DNA of 64,000 nucleotides, from assembly GCA_943704425.1 (NCBI GenBank), contig CALSCP010000894.1, forward strand, positions 52,671 through 116,670, read 5' to 3'. The DNA comes from Ministeria vibrans ATCC 50519 (taxonomy: Eukaryota; Protista; Filasterea). Of this stretch, positions 55,234 through 64,000 are shown piece after piece. Numbering within the stretch: position 1 is the first letter of the stretch; every line of letters starts with the position of its first letter. The translations under genes and the position numbers were made by a program. Below the pieces are notes generated by a model, which did no database searches, had not been told where the DNA came from, and saw only the letters and a list, made by a program, of their open reading frames with translations.

Positions 55234-57363
55234 GGCGTCGCACGCCTCTGCAGCGCCCCCCTCCCCCTCCCCTGTACCACCATCCTCCCCTGTACCATCC
55301 ACCCCTCCCCTACCACCGTCTCCGCGGCCGCCCCAGTCGCGTTTCGCCGTCTTGTTCTGCTTCTGCTGTGTGTCCGTCAATCGCAACGCAGCGCTCATTC
55401 TTGCGTATGCCTTTCTCTTTGAGCTCGCTCGCTCCGTCTTCTTCATGGCCTTCCATTCCATCTTCGTCTCCATGCTCACCAACACGGCCACCGTCGGCTA
55501 CGTTGCCGGCGTCAACGGCCTCATGCAGATCGTCACAGCGCCCATTGTCGGCACTCTCAGCGACAAGTTCCCGCGCCAGCGCATCTGCTTCGCTGCCGCC
55601 CTCATCGGCCTCGCCGGCGCCTTTGTCAGCTCAGCTGCCTTTGTCACTCACAGCATTGCGCTTGTCTTTGTCGGTATTCCCTTTCGAGAACACCAAAAAG
55701 AAAAAGAACCGATCAAACTAAACGCTTCTGTCTCTATTCGCAGCGAGTGGCATATGGGGCACCTTCCAAGCGAGCTCCAACGCCTCTACAGACGCTCTCT
55801 TTGCCGACAGTGTCACGCATGGCTCTGCGCGCGCTCGCATGTTCTCGTACAAATCGGCGCTTATGCAATTGGGCATTGCCTTTGGTCCGCTCCTCTCCAT
55901 CTTTCTCTTTGCAGTGAGTTGAATTTTTATACCTATAATATTATTATGTGTTTGTGTGGTTTGAAACTGGTTTATGGTAGGGACTGGGTAATTCGTGGAC
56001 ATTGACCGAGCTTGAGATTGTCCTTCTAAGTGGCGTTGGGTTGGTGATTCCACCGTTGATTCTGCTGCTGTTTGTCAGTGACCGCCATGCACTCGTGGAG
56101 GAGACGGTCGTGTTGCCGGGGAATGAGACCAAGAGCGTAGGGCAGGGAGCGACGGGAGATGATGTGGAAGACTCATGCCTTGAGATGGCGCAACTGACTG
56201 CGAGTGAGGGCGAAGGTGCAAAGACACAGATCGATGAAGAAGAAGAAGAAGAAGAAGTAGAAGAAGAAGAAGAAGAAGAGGGAGAAGAAGAGGGAGAAGA
56301 AGAAGAAGAAGAAGAGGAAGAGGGACGAGTGGTGGAGGTGCAAAGTGAGAGTTCCTTTGTGTGTGTGCGATGGGCCATGCGACACATTGCGTTCATGTTA
56401 ACTCTCTCTGACTTTCTCATTGGTCTCGGGTACGACACGGGCACAATAGAAAAGTTGTTTTTAAATCGTCTTCTTTTTTGGGCTTAATAGAGCGGGAATG
56501 ACAATCAAGTTTTTCCCACTGTTTTTTGCGAGTGGCGGATTTGCATCGCCTCCACAGCCGATGAGCCCCATTGCTGTGAGCGCATTGTACTTTGGGACAG
56601 CTGTACTAGCCGCGGGCATGCAGACGCTCGTGGGGCGCGTGTCCGCTGTGCTGGGCCGCATAACGACCATGCTCATTGTCAAAGTGTCAGGAATCACTCG
56701 TAAGCACACTCACGCACACAGGCACACCGAATCACTCCTTATTTGTCACTTTTGACATTGTTGCACACTCATGCACACTGCCACACTCAATCACTCACCC
56801 GACTTTATAGTCATTCTCATTCATTCTTAATCATCACACGATCATAAAAATTACTCATAGTCGTTTGTCATTCACTCACAATCACACGATCATCAAAATA
56901 TTTACTCTTCATCACTCTAGTGCTTCTCATGATGTGCATTAGCATGCCGGTGGGTATTGCGGCGAGTCTGTATGCGTTTCGCACGGCCTTTATGAACAGC
57001 GCTCGGCCCCTCTCCAAGTCAGTCATTGCCGATTCGGTCGCGAAGAACAAGCGAGGTCGCTGGCTCAGTCTTGAGAGTCTCACGAGTGCCGGGTTTGCCG
57101 GGAGTGCTGTTGCGGGCGGTGCTATTTTGACTCATTTTGGCTATCGCGTGTGTTTCTTGGTGACGGCCGGTTTTTATGTGTGTGGTACTGCGTTGATTCT
57201 GCTGATGCTGCCGTTGGACCGCAGAGCAGGTGCGCGCAAGGGACTCGGTGCACTCAGAGACAGACTGCGACGCAACGTGAGTATGAAGAAGAGACGAAGA
57301 GGAGGTGGGAGGTTCGAAGGACTGGCGGATCACGATGAAATGGAAGAGGAAGATGAAGTGTAG
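55211..57363 (+). CDS. MFS transporter (about 12 TM, acidic central loop; multi-exon)
   Basis: Motif A-like GTLSDKFPRQ, ALFADS, poly-Glu central loop, RTAFMNSARPLSKSVIADSV and GGAILTHFGYRVCF. Confidence 0.85.
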
Positions 57364-57432
57364 TGTGGAGATATGTTACGAAAGTAAAAGTAAAATCGAA
57401 AATGTAATATAATTAAGAACGGGCCAATGCGT

Positions 57433-57704
57433 CTAGACTGTGGTGGACGCACGAGTTGATTCCGTGTCAATGAGGCCCGTTGAGTGAGCAGCAGAAGACG
57501 GATTCTGCGTGAAATGGAACAAGTGAGAAAAGAGACAACGAGAAAGAATGTTTACCTTTTGCCATGGCGGCCTGAATTCGTATCTAAGATTGTAGCCACA
57601 GCCGACAGGATTGCCATTGACAAGGCGAAAGACCTCAGAGCCAATGGCTGCAACCACATTGCGCGCCTCACTCAGAACAATGCTCAGTGCAACGTACTCC
57701 TAAG

Positions 57705-57782
<78 letters not shown>

Positions 57783-60700
57783 AAGAAGAAGAAGAAGAAG
57801 AAGAAGAGAAAGGAAAAGGAAAAGAAAAAACAACGTGATGGAAGGAGAGAGTGAGTAAGTGTAAGAAGACGGTATGAGAAAAATGTGAGGGTGCATTACG
57901 CGAGGCAATTGCTGGTGGATGGACGACTCGTGGGAGGCAGCTTCAAAAGCGCGGTCGGAGAACATCTCCTGGACTGTCTGCTGGGCGAGCATAGTAGCGC
58001 GTCGTCCTCTGGAGTCGGCTCGCTCGTCCGACTCGCGCAGTCGCACGACGCGGAAGAAACTGAGCACGCGAGGGAATCGCACCCAAATGTCAGTTGTCTC
58101 CTCGATCTTATCTGCTTCGAGGCCACCGCACGACAGACCGTGGAACGACGCACATAGGTACATCAGGCCAAGAAAGTACCCTTCAAACATGTGGCTAAAA
58201 AACAGTATAATTATAATAATATGCGCGAGTGAGTACCAAGACACATACACTTAAACATGCTATGCCACATACGCATCATCATCATACACATTTACAAACA
58301 AGAACAAAAACACCCCTTTGTCAATGGGTCGCGTACCATCCGTCTTGCGCCGCCTTCATGTGATGGCAGATGTGCATTTTGCGGGAGATGGTGTCAACAA
58401 AGGCAACAATCTTGTTGTTGTTGATGTGGGCGCGCAGCTCAAGCAGGCGGTAGTTGACGTCGGTGGAGCTGGCGCCACTCAACGCCTGTACTACAAGCGG
58501 GACGACCACATGGCATGCCTCGCGGTTCACTAGTCGAATTTGGATGTCTGCCCAGGTGCCAAAGCGACTGCGGTCAACACGATGCGCCGTCGCAAGGCCC
58601 GCATGCCACAGCCACACCATGAACCGAGAGCTGAACGAAAGGAGGATAATTGTCATTAAACGGTAAAGCAAAAATGGGTGGGAGGAAAATTTTCGTACTT
58701 TGCGTCGTCCCATTCACCGTGAAGAGGCACCGAGTGTGAGACGAGGACTGGCTTCGTGTCGAGCACATTGTCCAGGGCTTGTTGCTGCTGCGGAGCCATT
58801 TCGCCACGGACGTCGGGGGTCTCGGCACACTCGGCGACGGCAGCAGCAAAGAGGGAGTTCTGCACGACGTCCTCGGTGAAGAATGATGCGTTGGAGAGCA
58901 CCGGGTTGAGGTTGGGCTCTTCGACAACCGACTCGGCGCTCGGGCGATACTTACGACCCCGGCCCCACGTATCAAATGCGGAACGACGGCGTTTCTTGAG
59001 TGCCGCCGGATCAAACGAGTCCGATTTCTTCACTGCCTTGTTACCACCACCACTGCTACTGCTAGCACTGGCGTCGCTAGACGACGAACGACGGCCTGCA
59101 CCCGAGGTCGCTGTCACCGTGGTACTGGTGGAGCTCACGGGTCTACCTTGAGGGTGATCGGGAGGCGGCGAGTTGAAGACGGTCTCGTCGAGGTAGAAGG
59201 TGGGCATGTGGGGCACTTGGTGGGTGGCGGGTTCGTGGTAGAAGAGATGGTCGTGCAACACTTGGGGGAGGTCGGACAGGGCAACGCGACGGCCGGCCGC
59301 CAGAGCTGCAATCTGGCGAGGATCCACGGCCGACATGAACGAGCGTCGCTGAGGCACACTCGCCATGAGAGTGTGTGAACGAAACTCGGCGGTGCGCAGT
59401 AGACGCACAAAAGACGTGGGTGCAATAATGGCCTCGAGACCACCAAAGCGGTAGCCGCCAAACCATCGCTCGACAGTGCGCTCAATGGTCTCCTCGTTGA
59501 CCTGACAGCGCTGGCGCAGCTCAGCCACCTCAACACCAAATGACTCCATGCACTCCTCCCACGAAAAGCCACATACATCGCTGAAGACAGGATCCACCGA
59601 GTAGTCGCGCAGCTCAAAGAGCGACGGTGCATGAGCGGCCACACTGGTACGACCCATCAGCATGAACAGGCGCAGGTGCGAGTCGACGACCGACACCGCC
59701 TCGAGCAGCTGCGAGAGCACATTGAAGTTGGCGCGCGCACGCTCGGTCTGCCGCTGGATGGTTTGGTGCTCGATGGAGGTGACGGTCGTCGACGAACTCG
59801 CGTCGGCGAACAGGGCCTGCTCGTCACCCGGCACACCTGCCAGCTGCGACACCACCGCCAAGTCGTAGTCGTCAATGAGAACCACAACCTTGCCCCACGA
59901 GTTGAGCGGGTGCTCGGCCAGAGCGCACACCAGCTCAACCATGGCCTCCTTCATCGCCTTGGCACGCAGACGAAGACCATACTCGGATGCAATGGCGAAG
60001 AGACGGTCGAGGAGAGCTCGCTCAAAGGAGCGTCCTGTGCTGCCGTACGAGATCATAGCCATGGGAATGTGCACCACAGGGTACGCGGGTGTCGATGCGC
60101 TCCAGTGGTAGCCGTCATCGAGCACGGGTGGATTTCTCATGACCGACAGTCCCTCAAAGAGCTTCGTCTTGCAGCGAAAGAACGCGTCCATCATGCTCAT
60201 GATGATGGTGCGACCAAAGCCGCGCGGTCGTGACAGGAGCACACGTCGAGCATTCAGAATCGGAGTGATAAATTGCGACTTGTCGACAAACGGCCGTTTC
60301 TAGAAGAGCGAGTGTGAGCGAAGCTGCCACGGAAAGAAAGTGCACTAACCTCGGTTCGCAGGCGCTCAAAGGACAGCGCATGCACTCTAGCGCCCACCTG
60401 TCGCTTGTACAGATCCTCCATGTCGGCGGGCGACCCGCTCGAGCGCTGGGCCTCGGGCACGGGCGGAGGAGCGACAGTTGGCGCATCGCCTACACACACA
60501 CCATTGGACCACACCGCAGAGCAGAGGGCCGTGTCACTCACCCGTCGCATTGTCCCTTTTGGCCTTACCTCGGCGTGCGCTCGAAGGCGACACGGGCGCA
60601 GCAGATGCTTTGAGGTCCGGTCTGAGCGAAGGTTTCGCCAATTTCGTTGGGGGCGTCGTTGTCTACGAGAGAGACAAGTTAGGACGACGACCACAGAAAA

Positions 60701-60895
60701 CGTCTAAACGACTGTACAATCTTCGTTCTGGGCCCATCGGGCAAGACGCGCACGACGTTGCCTCCTCCTCCACCGTTACTTCTATAGGAGGGAGAGAGAG
60801 AGAGAGTTTGAGAGAGTTTGAGAGAGTTTTTGAGAGAAAGAGAGAGAGAGGGAGATAAGAAGGACGGAGACGGGTCTAATCGCTCACCTTGACAT
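57433..60895 (-). CDS. Bacterial-type AAA-ATPase-like (PF09820-like) protein with a possible degenerate PD-(D/E)xK C-terminal domain; start approximate
   Basis: SFERLR..FVDKS..LSRPRGFGRT..SMMDAFF, VVVLIDDYD, FMLMG, VCGFS and WFGGYRF parallel the family motifs YVDKT, RPRRFGKS, LIDEYD, CGFT and WYDGY.F. Confidence 0.75.
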
Positions 60896-61141
60896 TGGAA
60901 AGAACGAGAGAGAGAGACAGACAGAGAGGGAGAGAGAACAAGAAGAGAAAGAGAAGTGAGAAACGATTAACGATTAACGAGGGCGAAACAAACGATCTCC
61001 GATCTGTTAAATAAATCGAGTAGTGATTATTATTTTGACTCTTGTGGTGAATTATTTTTGTGTACGCATCTCTCTCTCCCTCTCTCGCTCACTCATTATC
61101 TTTTCTCGATACCACACTGTCCACTGTAGTCTGTAGGCACC

Positions 61142-62623
61142 ATGTGTGACATAATACATGCGTTGGCGTGTCCCGTGTGTCTCACTGTTTCAAATGACAC
61201 AAGTCAGTCAATTCGACCCAAGAATTAATTTTTCCCTCTCTCGACCAAATCTCTTAAACACACTTTCCACACAGTCCTTCTGAGTCCATGTGGACACCAT
61301 TTATGCACGGAGTGCTTATCATCGATACGGGGCGCTAAGGGAGAGCACCGGCTTGCCGTAGCGGGCAAAGAGGTTGTTTGCCCGACGTGTCGGTCGACGT
61401 CGACGGCCCTTCCGGCGTATGCGCTGCGCAGCGTGATTGATGCGCTCCGGCACAGTGAGTCGCACCATGGCCTTTTTGAGCAGCATGAGAAGGAAATGCG
61501 AGACGAAATGAGGACAAACGACGCGATTGAGTTTCGGTCGACGCGACAAAGTTTATCCGGCGCATCCCGAGTTTCTGTGGGTTGCAGCAAACGCATGCTG
61601 GACGCTACCATTCACACAGGACGACTGACGTTTGCCGATGAGACGTTTGAGACCATTGCTTTGGGGTTGTTGCGACTGGACGCGCACGGGCGAAACGACG
61701 AGCGGGTGTTTCGCCTTGAAGACGAACTGGGGGTCTCCATTACCATTGAGAACGATGCCGTTCTAATCAAAGGCATTGCCTCAAATGTGATGGCAGCACG
61801 CGACCGCATTACCAACACCATTCTAAATATTCGCCGTGAGCAACCGACCGTGGATTGCGACGATGGTTGCAACTCCACCTGGTCCTCAGACGAATTAGAA
61901 GAAGACGAAGCACTGCAAGAGTCCTTCCAGATCCATTCCTCTTATACGCCACCCACGGTCGGTGCACGTGGCATTCCGCAGATGACACCACCCAGTGGTA
62001 TTCCGCAGACGCCACTGGGCGAGGTTGCTCATGATCAAGATTCCTTCCGGCGTTCGCTACCTTTTGACATTACCCGCCTTTCTGATGTGTATGCGGCCAT
62101 TGAAGAAGTGGCGGGGGACGAACCTCTGCAAAGCCTTCGACGTCAGCAACTACGCAATTTGACAACAGATGCGACTTATACTTATAGTTCCGCGACCGCT
62201 GAAGTTGACGGCTCCGCCGCGGATGACCGCTCTAGCCGTGTGGCGCTGAGTGACTTCTACGATGAAGTCGAAGGTTATGCTTTCACTTCGAGCTCCGCCG
62301 ATCATGATCAAGCGGAGGTGCTCAGCGAATTCTACGACGAGCCAGAGGGTACTGCTGTAGCTGACCTTGCTGGCGACGACGTCGTCGTCGAAGATGATGA
62401 TCATGAAGAAGGCATTCTGGTGTTTGACGCGGATGTATTCTCTCACCGTGGCAGCGACGATCGCTACGCGTACCTCCCTGGCGAAGACGAGGAGTCTGAT
62501 TCACCCCCAAGCGAAATATCAACGTCAAGGGCTTATCGTTGGCGAGATCGGACAAACAGACGTGCCTCCCACTTGAGCTGGTCGGCGTTCCGTCGACGAA
62601 TATCCCAACTCATGCCTGTCTAG
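61142..62623 (+). CDS. C3HC4 RING finger protein with a KH-like domain and acidic tail (exons 61142-61202, 61275-62623)
   Basis: CPVC...PCGHHLCTEC...CPTCR spans a phase-1 intron and is in frame with ORF 61433-62623. KH-like segment RVFRLEDELGVSITIENDAVLIKG..NVMAARDRI. Confidence 0.8.
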
Positions 62624-63028
62624 ATTTTTCATCAATACATTTATTTTCATGTCTCCGCGACCAGTAATGACAGTAATGTCACTTAATAGTTCATACCAGT
62701 CAGCAAAACACTCACAGCCAAATAAGCCAATGGTCATTACTGCTCAGCTGATCTCCACCCTAAAATCTCCGCAAAAGACAGACTTCGATTTGCCGTCGTA
62801 CAAGTCCATTGGAAGTCCATTGTCTCACACTCTCATCGGGGTATAAGAATTAAGAAAGTGTAAAGACTAATGCTACTGATGTAGTTATTGTAGACTTGAG
62901 GATCACGTCAATGGAGTGATTGTATTTCTATATTAATAATATATTATTATAATTATAATAATAAATTATTATTATTATTATTATTATTATTAATTTGAAT
63001 ACGACGAGTAATGATTACTTTTTTTGCC

Positions 63029-63613
63029 ATGATCACGCTGCTCCGACAGCAAGTCACCCGCCGGCTATGGTCCGTGCCGCTGCGCCCGGCGTTGCATCCA
63101 ACAGCCGCCGTGACGCCTGTCCGATCCATGTCGATCATGCTGCGTCGACGACGAAGCGAGGAATACGAGAAGGCGAAGCGCGCAGCCCAACTGGCCGAGA
63201 AGCTCAAAGAAGCTCGCTTGGTCCGCGAGAAGGCGCTTGCCGAGGCCGCTGCGGCGGCTGCCGTTGCTGAACCATCGCCTGTGGCCACCCCCGCAGATGC
63301 GTCTGGGCAGTCGGAAGCAGGTAGGTGACTCAATCGCGTGTGTTGCATTGACACCGTTGCGTTGCGTTGCAGTGGCGGCCATGAGCGCAGCAGGGTCGGC
63401 GGTGGCCCAGGGCGAGACGGAGGGTGAGGAGGATGACGGTGAGATGCAGTCCAACTGGCTTTCGGAGACGGCCGTGCCGGAGAAGCAGCAGGAGCAGGCG
63501 CTGAGGCGCGTCAAGGCAAAGCGGAAGCGCAGTCGACGCGACACACGACGCCAACTCAGCAAGCTGGCACGCGTCGATCGGCTGCCCTACTGTCCCATGT
63601 TCTTTCCTATCGG
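63029..63613 (+). CDS. 5' part of an unknown protein with a mitochondrial-targeting-like N-terminus (continues past the window)
   Basis: MITLLRQQVTRRLWSVPLRP..VRSMS is Arg-rich with no acidic residues. GCAG|GTAGG donor near 63321; the next exon runs to FFPIG before a GA-repeat intron. Confidence 0.5.
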
Positions 63614-63636
63614 TGTGAAGTGCAGAGACACGTGCA

Positions 63637-63645
63637 GAGAGAGAG

Positions 63646-63681
<36 letters not shown>

Positions 63682-63910
63682 AGAGAGAGAGAGTTTGAGA
63701 GTTTGAGAGAGAGAGAGTTTGAGAGAGAGTTTGAGATATATATATATATAGAGTTTGAAAGAGAGATAGAGTTTGAGATAGAGTTTGAGAGAGAGTTTGA
63801 GAGAGAGAGAGTTTGAGAGAGAGAGAGTTTGAGAGAGAGAGAGAGAGTTTGAGAGTTTGAGAGAGAGAGAGTTTGAGAGAGAGAGAGAGAGTTTGAGAGA
63901 GAGAGAGAGA

Positions 63911-64000
<90 letters not shown>
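63637..64000. repeat. (GA)n microsatellite interrupted by recurring GTTT
   Basis: Repeated gagagagagttt units running to the window end. Confidence 0.95.

Noticed and set aside
63029-63613. Assigning a family to the last partial gene
   Set aside because: Only a targeting-like peptide and low-complexity sequence are visible, too little for a call.

Overview
Gene-dense, intron-containing eukaryotic DNA in the standard genetic code. Introns are mostly short GT-AG types, often filled with (GA)n/(CT)n/(GT)n microsatellites, and there are four assembly gaps. The animal-like cyclin Y and SLC4A11-type sequences suggest a unicellular opisthokont or holozoan, but this is a low-confidence inference. 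About 20 protein genes can be reconstructed by hand: a membrane-protein tail, ATM kinase, cyclin Y, MYBBP1A/Pol5, a HEAT-repeat protein, a secreted nucleoside hydrolase, a FYVE-START protein, DPAGT1, a Roc-COR-caspase-like fusion, a ~3,340-aa DUF6606/DUF3638/DUF3645 NTPase, a divergent class I aldolase, two MFS transporters, a type I membrane protein, an SLC4A11/BOR1-like transporter, CLYBL, a small LYR-like protein, a bacterial-type AAA-ATPase-like protein, a RING-KH protein and a partial mitochondrial-type protein. Three observations stand out. (1) A Roco GTPase is spliced in frame to a His-Cys caspase-like protease and lies next to the giant DUF3638 NTPase, a candidate innate-immune or cell-death module. 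(2) A spliced LYR-like ORF overlaps the start codon of the downstream MFS gene, a candidate bicistronic locus. (3) The aldolase keeps its catalytic and P1-site residues, but its 6-phosphate-site residues are replaced. All calls come from manual motif recognition; no database searches were run.
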